From Raja brachyura (Eukaryota): a stretch of DNA of 64,000 nucleotides. The notes below the pieces were generated by a model. It ran no database searches. It saw nothing but the letters and a program-made list of their open reading frames with translations, and was not told where the DNA came from. Location: the NCBI GenBank assembly GCA_963514005.1, contig OY740781.1:82956001-83020000 (forward strand). Direction: 5' to 3'. Below, piece by piece: positions 24,791 to 38,460 of this stretch (positions are counted from its first letter, which is position 1; each line of letters starts with the position of its first letter). A program made the translations under genes and the position numbers.

Positions 24791-26099
24791 GATGACATGA
24801 AGAGTGAATGCCTCAATCAAAGATACTACAGGAGCTGCAGTATCTTTGGCCTCAATAATCCCTCTGCAACATTCCTCAAGGGGATAAGGAGGTTACAGAC
24901 TAGATAGAACCGCTTTCTTTTCAGCTCCTGGCTGATAAACAAACAGCAGTCACATTTCAATTATAACAACCACAATAACTTGAAAAAATATCACAAAGAA
25001 GTTTAATGCTGAAGGGTCTCGACCCTTCTTCTTGCGTGTGGCGTGCACAGCCTAAAGTTGGAGGACAACTTGTTGGTCTCGACCCGAAACATCACCCATT
25101 CCTTCTCTCCAGAGATGCTGCCTGTCCCGCTGAGTTACTACTCCGGCTTTTTGGGTCTATCAAAGTTTAATGCCACCCAATTCCTTAATTTTAAATAAAA
25201 ATCTAATGAACTCTTATTCATAGTAAGGAAGGAACTGCAGATGCTGGTTTGCACTGAAGATAGATAACAAAATGCTGGAGTAACTGGCAGCATCTCTGGA
25301 GAAGTGGAATGGGTAATGTTGTGATCCTTCAGATATTAATGGTTAATGAAAATGACAAATGCCTGCTGAATGCAGGAAATTCGATTTTTTTTAGACTTCG
25401 TTCTTATTTAACATACTTTCGTATTTAAAGTGAGCTGACATAATAGATCTGATAAAATCAGATCACATTTAAAAATACATTTGGACAAATATATGGATAG
25501 GAAGAGGTTAGAGGAATACGAGCCAAATGGACTGCCCAGAATGCCAACTTTGTCACCCGTTTAATGTCTCAAAGGGTATGGAAACATGCCTTTTGGCCTT
25601 GGTGGGATAAAGGTCTATTTCCATGCTGTATAGCTCCATGGCTTTAAAATGGTAAATATTTTAATATTGATCTAACTTACCCCTAAAGCCTTTCCCCATC
25701 TCTTCATTCTTAAAACTGCATGCAGTGTACCGGAAATAGTTTTAGACTGCAATTTGGCCGACATGTACCCATTGTTTTCATAAGTGGTGTTTCGGGTCAA
25801 AAGCCTTCATAAGACTTATTTTAGCGGGGGGGGGGGTGGAGGGGGAGACAGCTTGAGGGGTGAGGCAGGATATTCTATTCATGGAAATAGTATTATTTAA
25901 ACTTCTCCCAATACAGAATTAACAAACAAATAACATCCCGACAATCACTTGCTTCATGCATTTTCTTACCTTTTTGTTCAACAAAATTAACTCGCAAGTT
26001 GCCACACCCCATGTATCATTTTAAAACTCACAGATCATTCACACCAGTTCATGATCTACTCTTCAAGTGTTAAATCACTTAACAAAACAAGAACACAAT

Positions 26100-27290
26100 C
26101 ATGCAACAGAACAATGAAATTCCTACTTGCTGCAGTTTAAGAGTCCCATAAACACAAGTTAAACACAGTTAAATACATATTAAACTAAAGTCCAATAAAT
26201 GAATACATATTAAACTAAAGTCCAATAAATGAATACATATTAAACTAAAGTCCAATAAATGAATAACCAAGTATTCATAATAATACAATGACACTGTCCC
26301 TAGAAATTAATTGTTGCTTAAGTTAGTGTTGTGTAATGTTCAAGATCCTGATGGTTGCTGGAATAAAGCCGTTCTTGAACTTGGTAATGATGGTTTTCAG
26401 GCTCCTGTAATTTATTTTTGATGGTAGGCATGAAATGAGAGCGTGGCCTGGATAGTTTTGGTCTTTGATAATATTGATTGCCTTTTTGAGGCGACCCCTT
26501 CTGTAAATCCATTTAGTGGGGGGGGGGGGGGTTCAGTACCAGTGGTAGTAGACAAATTGTAGTGCGTCCAAAAGCTGCAGGAGTTGAAATGCATCATAGG
26601 CAATCTCTCACTTCAAAGTCGTTCATTACCATGGATGCTAGTGTAACCAGTTGGTTGTCATTGAAGCATGAAAACTTGCTCTTCTTGGGCACGGGTATGA
26701 CTGATATCCTTTAAAAGGAGGTAGGCACCTTAGCCCTGAGTAATGAGAGTTTGAGGTTACTGCAAACATTCTAGCCAACTGATCCGTGAAAGTTTAAAGA
26801 ATGTAGCCAGGTCCAAGGGTTCACCCTCTTGAAGGATCTTCTGACACTAGCCTCAATGATTAAGATTGCAGTGTCGTCGGGGGGTATTGGGGCCTGAGAA
26901 GGTACATTAATCTTCTCCATTTCAAAGGAAGCATTGAAAGCATTGAACTCATCCAGGAGTGATACCTTGCTGTTACCACTTTGTTTTGCCTTTGTAGATG
27001 CCACGTTCTTCAGATAACGCAACACGAAAATGCTTTAGAATAGTGTGCAGGACTGTTTCCCTGAAGGATCAGGCTGTCCAGCACTCTCTGCAGCCTCTTA
27101 CATTCCTGTGTGTTGGAATTATTGTACCAGGCTTTGATGCAACCAGTCAGGATACTTGCTACATTGCATCAGACGATTCATCGCCCTGTCCATCCGTCCA
27201 TGCCTTATTTGTGTAGCTAGAATTCCTGATATCTCCTTCCTGATGGTAGGTGTCCCAGTCATCAGAAAACATAGTGCTCATTTTGCTGGA
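26100..27290 (-). mobile_element. Rex1/Babar LINE fragments
   Basis: ORF 26771..27025 SLLDEFNAFNASFE...VRRSFKRVNP is a typical Rex1 pre-RT motif; a Rex1-type 3' region lies toward 26100-26520. Confidence 0.7.
26171..26265 (+). repeat. 30 bp tandem repeat, ~3 copies
   Basis: aatacatattaaactaaagtccaataaatg repeated. Confidence 0.85.
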
Positions 27291-27324
27291 TTCAATCCAT
27301 TGATATGTATTGACATGGATAGAG

Positions 27325-28315
27325 ACCTGGTTGGCAGACAGTAAGCAGAGAGTAGGAATTTACGGGTCCTATTCAGAATGGCAGGCGGTAACTAGTGGGG
27401 TGCCACAGGCTCAGTGCTGGGGCCCCAGTTATTTACATTTTATATTAATGATATTGACGAAGGAATAGAGGTAACATCTCCAAGTTTGTGGATGACACAA
27501 AGCTGGGTGGCAGTGTGAGCTGCGAGGAGGATGCTATGAGGCTGCATGGTAACTTGGATAGGTTGGGTGAGTGGGCAGATACATGGCAGATGCAGTATAA
27601 TGGGAATAAATGTGAGGTTATAGCCTTTGGTGGCAAGAACAAGAAGCACATCAGTCATTGAAAGTAAGCATGCAAGTACAGCAGGCAGTGAAGAAAACAA
27701 ATGGCATGTTTCCCTTCATACAGAGAGGATTTGAGTATAGGAGCAAGGAGCTCATAATGCAGTCATACAGGGCCCTGGTTAGACCACACCTGGAGTATTG
27801 TGTGCAGTTTTGGTCTCCTAATTTGAGGAAAAACATCCTTGCCATTGAGGGAGTGCAGCGTAGGTTCACGAGGTTAATCCCCAGGATGGTGGGACTGTCA
27901 TATGAGGAAAGAGTGGAAAGACTGAGCTCACATTCATTAGAATTTAGTAGGATTAGAAGAGATCTTATAGACACATATAAAATTCTTAAGGGATTGGACA
28001 GGCTAGATGCAGGAAAAATTAGTCCAGAACCAGGGGCCACAGTTTAAGAAAAAGCGATAGGCCATTTAGGACTGAGATGAGGAGAGTAGTGAATCTGTGG
28101 AATTCTCTGCCACAGAAGGCAATGGAGGCCAATTCACTGGAAGCTTTCAAGAGCGAATTAGTTATAGCTCTTAGGGCTAACAGAATCAAGGGTTATGGGG
28201 AGAAAGCAGAAACAGGGTACTGATTGTGAGTAATCAGCCACAATCATATTGAACGGCAGTGCTGGCTTGAAGGGCCGAATGGCCTACTCCTGTACCTATT
28301 TTCTATGTTTCTATC
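27325..28315 (+). mobile_element. CR1 LINE 3' fragment
   Basis: ORF 27658 [18 protein letters not shown]...EGVQRRFTRLIP; tail ends ttctatgtttcta. Confidence 0.88.
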
Positions 28316-30217
28316 ATTCCTTTCTCTGTATTTTATTTTGCTGTTGAATTATGGCTAACTTACATGCTGCATTCATCTGTCTAGATTCGGCCTTTTCTGC
28401 CCATCCCTGTACAGACTTTGCTGCCTCAGTTAATGTCACGTTTCATTTTTCTAAGGTGGTTAGTTCCTTCTTTAATCTAACAGTTTCACTTTCAAGCCTT
28501 TTTTTTTTAATATAAACACAGTTGGCTTTGTGTGCTGACAATTATCTGTCCCACTTGTGGGAGGTTTTATTTCTTTTTGGGAAGCCCCCTCACTTCCTTC
28601 AAACATTTAATCTTTGAGTACAGTTGCTTTTCTGGCTTATCCTACAACTCTGCCTCCCAACACCACAAACAGGTTTTGAGGAAGCATCAATGAAACAATG
28701 AGTCTTATGCCTTTCTGCCCTTTAAGATCGCCACAGAAAAAAGTGGTGACTGGTAGCACTTTTTGATCCTGGAACCGTTCACGAATCCAGTCTGAGAAGT
28801 CCCACAAGCTCGTTCACAGTATGCACTAATACAGTATACCAATAAGGCTGTGGAACAATCAGTTATATTTTAAAACAAACTATATGTTCCCTAGTACTGA
28901 AAACAAGAGTTAGTCAGGTGTCAAGTTAGTCTCGATTGTCAATGTGGAGAACAAGTTTATCTTATCTCATTGCTATATGTTCTTGCAGCTTATGATCCAA
29001 GGCTTTGTGATTCATTTGTTTTCCCCAAGAGAGTCTGCTTCCTGACATGGGGATGGTTAGCATACAGCTCCATTTTAGCTGAAAGGCAAGTTTTAACCTT
29101 TCTACAGCAGATTACAAATGAGGAATGTTTAATAAGTACATCAGTTGATGAAAGTAAGCAATAAAATGAAGCAGATGAATAAGAATACAAATTGTATTGG
29201 CCTTCATAGCTAGAATTCTTACTTAATTCTACAGTACAACGATGAGATCACACTTTGAGGATCATGTGTAGTTTACTGCTCATATTATAACGAAAGATGG
29301 ACTCCCTCTTACTATGGAAGGAGTGCAGCCAATATTCACCAAACTGATTCTTTGCATAGCAGGGCTGATATATAAAATTGATTGGGATGATTGGACTTTA
29401 ATTTACCAGCATTTAGAAGAATAAAAGGGGGGCTTTTTATAAAATCCTAAAGGGACTACACAGAACAGATGCAAGAGGAATAGTCCCAATGATTAGAAAA
29501 TCCAGAAGAAATGTTCACAGCCTTAATTTACAGGCTTTTTAGGCCAACAAATTAGGACTGAGAGGAGTAATGTCTACACTCATAAAATGGTGAACTGTGG
29601 AATACTATACCACAGAAGACAGGTGAGACCAAATCATTAAATATATTCAAACGTACTTGGAAATCCTTCTCATGGCTAAAGAGTTCAAGAAATATGGGGG
29701 AAAGGTGGCAGGGTGCTGGTTGGATGTAATGTTTAAGGTGATAATGTTCTACACAAGTGTTAAATTATACACATGCACACTATTCTCTCTAACTGATCAG
29801 CCAATGCAACCATACCCTTTCTATAGTGTAGTGTTTACAATGCTTCGGCCTTGCTCTATCCACCATTTTACAGTACCATACCATAATCTCCCTGTTCTTA
29901 TATTCTATGCTCCAGTTGATCAATACTAATATCCCATACATCTTCTATACTACCTTATACACACATGTTGCCACCTTCACTGATCCTTGGACTTGTACAC
30001 TAACGTCTCTCAATACTAACTCAGCCTTCACCATTCATTGTATAGAACCTATCCCTTTCACTCCTCCAACAGTGCCTCATTTCAAACATTTCAGGATTAA
30101 ATTCCAACTGCCATTGCTCTATTTTACAAACTGATCAATATATTTCTGCTTCTATAAAACGCTTTTGGACTGATCCCCATTTGGAACCTTGTCAAAGATG
30201 TCTCAAGATCAGTCCCT

Positions 30218-30352
30218 CAGTCTGAAGAAGGGTCTCGACCAGAAACATCACCCATTCCTTCTATCCAGAGATGCTGCCTGTCCCGCTGAGTTACTCCAGC
30301 ATTTTGTGTCTATCTTCAGTGTAAATCAGCATCTGCAGTTCCTACCTACACA
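30218..30352 (+). mobile_element. Short Penelope-derived 3' end starting at the hammerhead-like motif
   Basis: cagtctgaagaagggtctcgaccagaaacatcacccattcc...catctgcagttcc. Confidence 0.8.
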
Positions 30353-30594
30353 TCTGTCTCAAGTGCATATAGACCACATTAGGCACTGTCCTCATCAACA
30401 CATTTTCTACCCCATCGAAAAACTCACAAGCTGATTAAAAAATGAAACATAGGTTAGGCCACCATCACCAAAGATTGTTCACGGCCCTACTTTAGAACTA
30501 CATCTTATGGAGTAAGCAAAGCAATTTCATTGCCATTACTTGGAAATCTTCATCCAAGGTTGCAATATGAAAAGAAAATGTGCAATACCAGGAT

Positions 30595-31290
30595 TCAAGT
30601 TTGTTGAGTTTATTGTGAAATGTCAGTGAGATATAGGTACAGAGGAAAGTCACATAAACTCAGCCACACAAAAACAAATTACACATAAATTGTACAAGAC
30701 TTTCTAAAAGAAAGAAGTCTGTATAAATAACAAGACATATATGCAAAAACATAATTGGAAAGATAAAGAAATCCATGATAGTGCAAAAGGAAGCCCATTG
30801 TTGCGGTAGGTATTATGTAGTTGGTTCAAGATCCTGATAGTTAAAGGAAGGTGGCTGTTCCTCAATCTGATGTTATGGGACTTCAGGCTTCTGTATCTTC
30901 TGCTTGATGCAAGCAGTGAGAAGAGGACATGGGCCAGACGGTAGGGATCCTTGATGATAGATGTGATAGATTTTGAGGCTGTACCTCAAATAAATGCTTT
31001 TGATGGTGAGAAAGGTTAAGCCGTGAAGGACCGGGCTTAGTCCACTACTCTCTGCAGCCTCTTGCATTCCTGCGCATGGCCGTAACAGGCTATGATGCAA
31101 CCAGTCAGGATACTTTCAACAGTGCATCTATGGAAGTTTGTTACCATATTTAATGACATGCCAAACTTCCTCAAACTTCTAAGGAATTAGAAACACTGGT
31201 GCGCCATCTATGTGCTGGGCTGAGGACAGGTCATCGAAGATGTTAATGCCCAAGAACTTGAAGCCTCTAACATTCTTCGCCACCAACATT
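30595..31290 (-). mobile_element. Degraded Rex1/Babar 3' fragment
   Basis: Similar to 26300-27170 (gatgcaaccagtcaggatact; ttcaggcttctgtatct). Confidence 0.6.
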
Positions 31291-34200
31291 GTCGTTCCTG
31301 TATGACATCTCAGTGGATGTCACAATTCCAAACAGTATGGCTTCTTGTGCCTAATCAGCGTTAAATGCTTTATTTGTCTCTGAGACCACACGACGTGTTG
31401 CTCAGTAGTACGAGCTAAAACTCTTTAAAATTACAACAACATTTACATTTTTGAGCTGATGATTATATCACTCACAATTTCTCATAACTTTGGAGTTTTG
31501 TATGACAGATGAAAACTGACATTTCAAATGGCTGTAAATTAACATAGAAAATGGGCGCAGGAGTAGGCCATTCGGCCCTTTGAGCCAGCACCGCCATTCA
31601 ACATGATCATGGCTGATCATCCAAAATCAGTACCCCATTCCTGCCTTCTCCCCATATTCCTCGATTCCGTTAGCACTAAGTATTTTTCCAAACCACAGAC
31701 ATTGAAACCTAGGTATTCTAACCATCTGTGGAGATATCAACTAGTGAGCATGAGATACACCAGAGGTGAGTAATATTGCTTTCTTATATTCCCTTGTTTC
31801 ATGTTTAATATTTACATATTTTCAACACATGTTCTCCAATTTAAGAATATCACCGGCCATCGGAAAGATCTCCACCCTCTCAAAGATGGATGTGAATAAT
31901 TCACACACCTTATATACAAACAAAATACCTAAAAGCTTGCCTCTGTCTGAGTCGCCATTTTCTTCCTTTTTCCCACCAAAACAACATTTCTCTCCTCAAA
32001 CCCCTATCTGTAATTTTACTGCTACCTTGTTCCACTTTCAATCGCATTCACGGTATTCTTTGTTTTAGTTTTACATCAACATTTCTAACTGTCCTTTGCA
32101 ATCATGTGTGATTCTATAGCTACCCGTCTCCCTTTAAACTGACCTCTGACTGAGTGTGGAGTCAGAAATTCGATCCTTTTGGGCAAGTGAGCACCAGGAA
32201 GTAAGTAGTAATAAGCTTCTCCTAAAGGCACAAAGCTTCTTTTTCCCTTTATGTTACTTCTCATTGCCAATTATAATGCATCATAAGGTGGATCATGGAT
32301 ACCAATGGACTGCAGATATGTTTTACTGACAGTTACAAGACAAAGGAGTCTTGGACAGTTTATTCCAATTCTAATAGCAAGGAACCCCTTATATGCACAT
32401 GTGTTGACATTGACATTCTCTGAACATCTGACTTATTTATATAACTATATACAAACACATTATTATACTCTTCCCACCATTCTGAAAATCAACCATTCGC
32501 TGCTGCTCTCTGCTTTCTGAATTGGGGTCAATTTTCACCCACATTGCTACTGCCTTTTTTTATTCCGTGATGTACACAATTATTTATGTTAAAAGTCCAT
32601 TCACATCACATTTCCCTTATCAATCCTCTCTGTTATCTCATCAAGTAAAACCATCAGGTTATTTAAAGATAACCTGTGTTTAATAAATTCATACTAGCTT
32701 TCTGTTAATCAAAGCATACTTGTCCAAATCACTAGTGCTCAAATTAACTTGGAAACATTTCACCAAACTGCCTAGCTTGTTACGACAGGGTTTAACTGTA
32801 GAACCTTTTCTGCATAGATTAAAAATTAATATTAATTTATACATCTTAAATGAAGAGAAATGTATCCACCCAGTTTTATGAATCTTTGGGACTGTTTGCA
32901 CCATTCCAACATGGATGATTAATCAATGTATATTGTCGCAGCTGAGTAAAATAGATTTGGGGGTATTTAGAATGATGAGCAGGGGACTGGAGTTATTGAG
33001 AAATTTATATTACAGAGAGAAAGAATGCTCTTGCTTATATCTTCCAGCAGTCTAGCTACAACTGCAATTTCAATGATTCAATTGTCATTTCTTGTCACGT
33101 GTACAGAGGTGCAGTGAAATTTGATTTAACAGTCATACAAAAAAAGCAACAAAATACATAACTACATAAAGATTAAACATAGACTTGAACAGACGCCACA
33201 GCGGCGTGTGAGAATCTCCAAGGTGCACAGAATAAGCGGAGACCCACAGCCATCAGTTCAATGTCCGGGCTACACACATGCTCCTTCACCGTGATGTGAC
33301 CAGACTTGTACCGACTGCTGTCACTCTCTCTGCAGTCCCTGTCCACCCGAACAGTCAGAAAGCTGTCAACACTCTTACTAGATTATGGGATGTCCTCATG
33401 GAGCGATGTCCCCGCAAACACTGAGATCATTGCACTCACGGCACTCCCTCCGTGTCCTCACCAGTGCAGGCAGCACGTCCATCTTCTTTTTTTCCTGGAA
33501 CAGGCATTTGGTGTCCATATACCATACCCAGCTTCATCTTTTTTATTTTTCTAATGGGGTAGTTCTCCAGACATCACCGCTAAGACCTGTATCTATCATT
33601 CATCCTTAAATCACTTGAAAAGGTAGTCTTGAGTTCTCTTCCTAAAACGTTAGACAAGGCATTTCCATGGAGCTGTAAGAATTCTAGTATTTAAAATCAC
33701 CAATGAATAATAATATGCTTCTAAATCAAGGTGGTGTTTCTTGGAGGTGAACTTGCTGGTGTTTGCATGTACTCAAAGCACTTCCTTTCAGTGGTAGGTG
33801 GTTTGGTGCTTTAATAGTCCAGGTGAGTGACTGCAGTTCATTTTGCGCAGCCAGTGCCACAGGGAATTAATGTTTACAGCAGATGGGATATAATAAAGCG
33901 GGCTGCTTTATCCTAGATGGTGTTGAGCATCTTAAGTGTTGTTCAAGCTGCACTCACTCAGGCAAGTAGACAATTTTCCATCACAGTCTTGTGTCTTGTT
34001 TGTATTAGGAAGGTGAATCAGTTGTTATTGTTCTTGTGGTGGTAATACTTATTGTTCCTAATCTGGACTCTGGGATGATGATTGGAGGGGTGGTTTGGGG
34101 GGAGTTCTTGGCAAAGATAATGCCATTGAAGATCAAATGAAGGGAATTAGACCATCTTTCTGAAGATGGGGATTGACTGTCATATCATCATATATCTGAT

Positions 34201-34732
34201 GTTGTTTGGGTCTCTTTTATTAGTTGAGGAGTTGCACACAGAATTGTGCAAACACAAGCATGCATCCTCACTTCTGATCTAGAAGGAAGGTCACTGAAGA
34301 AACAGCAAATGATGGTTGGGCCAAGGGCACTGCCCCCAAAAAGCCTACACTAATGTCCTGAAGCTGGGGTAAATATTTTCCTTATTGACTCCAAGCATCA
34401 GAGGTTCCTTAATGTGACAGTCAAACACTGTTTTGATGTCAAGGGCAGTCACTCTCCATTCACCTCTGGAATCCAGTCTGTTTGTTCTTGGTTACTTAAA
34501 TTAAGGGACGTGCAACTGTAAGGTTGTGTTGTAGAGTACGAAAGAAAGGTAGAAAGTAAGAGCTTGAAAGAAAACAAACAAAATCACAATTGTGTTTTAC
34601 ATACTTTTCAGGTTGACACAAAGTATGATTTGTAGTCACTATTGTAACATTAGAAATATTAGCAAATGTGTGTATAGTTTGCTTTCACAAATAACAAGAT
34701 GATAACATATGTCGCCAGCAGCTTGTATAGCT

Positions 34733-35337
34733 ATAGGGAGGTTGCACGGCAGTCGGGTCACGACCCGTGACCCATACTGTTGCCACGCAACGCCAACTGG
34801 AGTACACGTGATGAACTGCAGGTAAGCACTTACCATTGTTTCCAGTGTTGCGGGCCCGTTAAAAACCGCCAAAATTGTCAATTTTGTCCAATTAACGCAC
34901 TTCAGAACCATGGGCGATTTTAATATTTTACAGCCAGATTTATCACTTCTGAAACTTTTTAGATATCAAAGGAATCAAGAAAAAACACAAATAATGCCTT
35001 ACTGTTGCTGAAATGCAGTGAGCAAATGCAATAATTGCCAATATTTTTAATCTTGATATCTGCATGGCCAATGTTCGTCAACCATTTTAGCTGTGGTTTC
35101 TTCAGCTCTGGCTTCTCTCTACCATAATTTCTCCTCACTTTTGTAATTCTAAAGTAGGATAAATGTCTCTCACGCTTACCCTGATTTCCACAATTATTTA
35201 CAGCGCAGAAAATGACAGAAAGTACACTTTTCGTGTATTAACAGTATATGCCGGAAGCTGCCATGTACCCCACATGGATTGAGCTGCTCCGTGCGTCACG
35301 CTCTTTGACCCGATGGCCTTACGTGCAACCCCCCTAT
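34733..35337. mobile_element. Non-autonomous TIR DNA transposon (~600 bp), superfamily uncertain
   Basis: Imperfect terminal inverted repeats ATAGGGAGGTTGCACG / CGTGCAACCCCCCTAT, extending to tcgggtca on both ends. Confidence 0.7.
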
Positions 35338-35989
35338 TGAGAATGTGACATCAGGAGGAAGTAGGTTGGAAGATGTCAGCGGGTCAGGCGGCATCTACAA
35401 ATGGCAGACAACTTTTCAGGTCAGGGACCTTCTTCAGAGTCAGTCTTTTTATGCAAGTTTCCAGCATCTGTAGTTTTTTTATACCCAGATGTTACTGTTG
35501 CCGCCTGTGACTATTCCCATCTAGTCCCACAAGAGAGATGGAAGCACAACCATCTTACAAACACCCGAGCAACGTACCAGCAGGCTGCAGTGCACATGGA
35601 ATGGTACCTCAGCACGTCCAGCGAAGCGAACCTGTAGGTCAGTCATACAGCATGGAAACAGGCTCTTCGGCCCAACTTGCCCATGCTGACCAACATGTCC
35701 CTTCTACACCGGTCCCACCTGCCTGTGTTTGGCCCATTAATCCCTCCAAACCTGTCCTATCCATGTACTGAAGAAGGGTCTCGACCCCGAAACGTCACCC
35801 ATTCCTTTTCTCCAGAGATTCTGCCTGTCCTGCTGTTACTCCAGCTTTTTGTGTCTTCCTTCGATTTAAACCAGCACCTGCAGTTCTTTCCTGCACCATC
35901 TCTGTACCTGTCTAAATGTTTCTTAAAGGTTGTTATCTTACAGTCCCCGCCTCAACTACCTTCCGCCATGCAGCTCGTTGATTGATGAT

Positions 35990-36450
35990 ACTGCAGAAGC
36001 CAGGGGTAAGAGAAGAGGGGAAAGGCTGCAGGGTCGGCAACCCGTGCACGCGCGAGTACAAACACACGCACGCGCTCGACGACCAAGCGGCTCGTGCACG
36101 AGCATTGTTTGGCGTGGCCGAGCGAGCACGCGCACGTACGCCCCGGGCCCGGAAGATGTCGCGGCTGCTGGAGAAGTTGCCGCCCGACGACTGTCCCAGG
36201 GTAAGTCAGTCAGTCGGTCGGTCAGTCAGTGGCGGCCGAGGGTCCCGCTCCCCCTCCACCAGCTGGGACTGGGGGGCGCCTGGATGGAGCCCGAGGCTGC
36301 AGACTTGCTGGGCGGCGCAGTGTCTACAGGAAGCGCGGCCCGGCCTGCAGACCCCACTCGGTCTATATTGGCCCTTCCTTCACCTGGTTCTGATCTTAAA
36401 ACGATTTTATGGAGTTTTTTTGCAGGCCGGCGGCATGAAAGGGCGTGAAA
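35990..36450 (+). promoter_or_regulatory. CpG-island promoter of COMMD8
   Basis: Dense CpG in an otherwise CpG-poor region; ETS-type CCGGAAG immediately before the ATG; NRF1-like GCACGCGC motifs. Confidence 0.8.
36156..36200 (+). CDS. COMMD8: COMM domain-containing protein 8, coding exon 1 (MSRLLEKLPPDDCPR)
   Basis: ATG in a CpG island; aligns to human LWRLQKLPAELGPQ; strong donor AGG|GTAAGT, phase 0. Confidence 0.85.
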
Positions 36451-37394
36451 TAAACAGTTTGCTTAGTGTTGGAAGGTTCTCGACCCGAAACGTCACCTCT
36501 TCCTTCTCTGCAGAGACGCTGTCTGTCCCGCTGTTACTCCGGCACTTTGTGTCTACCTTCCTTATTAAAAGTCGCCCCTTTTAAATCAAAACTACCAACG
36601 ATAACGTGTTCAAATGTTCATGGTGGTCCGTAGGGATTGTGTTGGGAAGTCCTTTGTTCATGATAACTAAAAACGATTGGGATAAATTTAGATGGGTTGG
36701 TTCGTAAGTTTGCAGATGATACCAAGATTGGTTGAGTTGCGGGCAACGAGTCAAAGTATACAGTGTACTAAGCAGGTACTGATATGGGCGTAGAAATGGC
36801 AGTTATAATTTACTCAGAGCAGGTGTGAAGTGTTACACTTTTGGGAGGTTGAATGTAAGGGGGAAGTCTACAGTTAATGGCAAGACCTTTAATAGCATTG
36901 ATACATAGAGGAATCTTGGGGACCAACATAACTCCTTGGAAGTGGCAACACAAGTAGATGGAATGGTAAAGAAGGTTTATGGTATGGTGATCTTCATTGG
37001 TCAATGAATGTAAAAGTCAAGAAGTCATGTTACAGCTTTATAAATAAATTAATTAGGCAGCATTTGGAGTATTGTCTGGCGTTCGGGTCGCCACATTACA
37101 GGAAAGATCTGGAGGAATTGGGGAGGGTGCTGGGTACTGTCTGGATTAGATGTGAAAAGATTATAGAATTATACTAGACCCGTTGGGTCCCATGTTCACA
37201 TGGGAGGCTGGTCCCCTGATGCAATATTCCACCTCTCCACCAATTCCAATATTGGTGGCCAGTGGGGGGGGTGGGGGGCTTTCTGTAGCACTGGTATGGG
37301 TTCTTGGGGTGGCAGCTCAGTCCCTCAAGTCATTTGTGCTGGCAGCTCTCTCACGACTGCTGGGCTAGCAGTTGACTCATGGCTATTCCTTGAA

Positions 37395-37740
37395 ATTCCA
37401 TTTCTAGCAGGGAGCAAGGCCACCAAATTCAAATCAATTTTCCTACCATTTCAAGCAGGGTGCAAAGCCACCAAATTTGTGCAGTTTCTTACCACTTCGA
37501 GCAGGGTGCAAGGCTACCAAATTCAAGTGCAGTATCATTCCACTTCAAACAGGGAGCAGGGCCACCAAATTCAAGTGCAGTTTCATACCATTTCAAGCAG
37601 GGTGCAAAGCCACCAAATTCAAATGCAGCTTCATACCGGGTGCAAGGCCACCACATTCAAATGCAGTTTCATACCATTTCATGCAGGGTGCAAGGCCACC
37701 ACATTCAAATGCAGTTTCATACCATTTCAAGCAGGGTGAA
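37395..37740 (+). repeat. 48 bp minisatellite (~7 copies) inside Helitron copy 1
   Basis: Unit gcagggtgcaaggccaccaaattcaagtgcagtttcataccatttcaa. Confidence 0.9.
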
Positions 37741-38082
37741 ACCACCATAAAACACCAAACTCACAGTTCAGTAGACATTCAGTGTGTTCAGTTGATTCAC
37801 AGCTCAGACAGAGTCCCTACCCCAGAGACTGAGCCATACCCACAATTCTGGGTTTTATAACCCCTCCCCCTCTCACTGGAACAGGTGTGGCCTTCATGAC
37901 GTGATTGACAGGAGAGAGATTCTCAACATTTTTTAAATATTAATGACACTTTTATTTTTAATTGATGGGAAGAATCCTTTGAACCTGCTGAGCGGAGGGG
38001 GACTGAGTAAGATGCCCAAAAATCACAGCCGTAAGTGGTAGTGTTTTATCTAAAATCAATATACAGTGCAAACAGGAAGTTA

Positions 38083-38460
38083 CCCAAAGCACCCAAACCA
38101 CCATTTGCAGTAGTGCCTTTTAACTTCAACCCAAAGCACCCAAACCACCATTTACAGTAGTGGCTTTTCACTTCAACCCAAAGCACCCAAACCACCATTT
38201 GCAGTAGTGCCTTTTAACTTCAACCCAAAGCACCCAAACCACTATTTGCAGTAGTGCCTTTTTACTTCAACCCAAAGAACCCAAACCACCATTTGCAGTA
38301 ATGCCTTTTTACTTCGACCCAAAGCACCCAAACCACCATTTACAGTAGTGGCTTTTAACTTCAACCCAAAGCACCCAAACCAACATTTGTAGTAGTGCCT
38401 TTTTATTTCAACCCAAACAACCATTTGCAGACAGTGCCTTGTTACTTGAAACCAACCATA
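38083..38460 (+). repeat. ~47 bp minisatellite (~8 copies) inside Helitron copy 1
   Basis: Unit ccaaagcacccaaaccaccatttgcagtagtgccttttaacttcaac. Confidence 0.9.

Noticed and set aside
35930-36584. 172 aa and 200 aa ORFs over the CpG island
   Set aside because: GC-rich open frames; only 36156-36200 matches COMMD8 and it ends at a strong splice donor.
37200-37860. Cys/Phe-rich repetitive ORFs
   Set aside because: Translations of the 48 bp minisatellite inside a Helitron.
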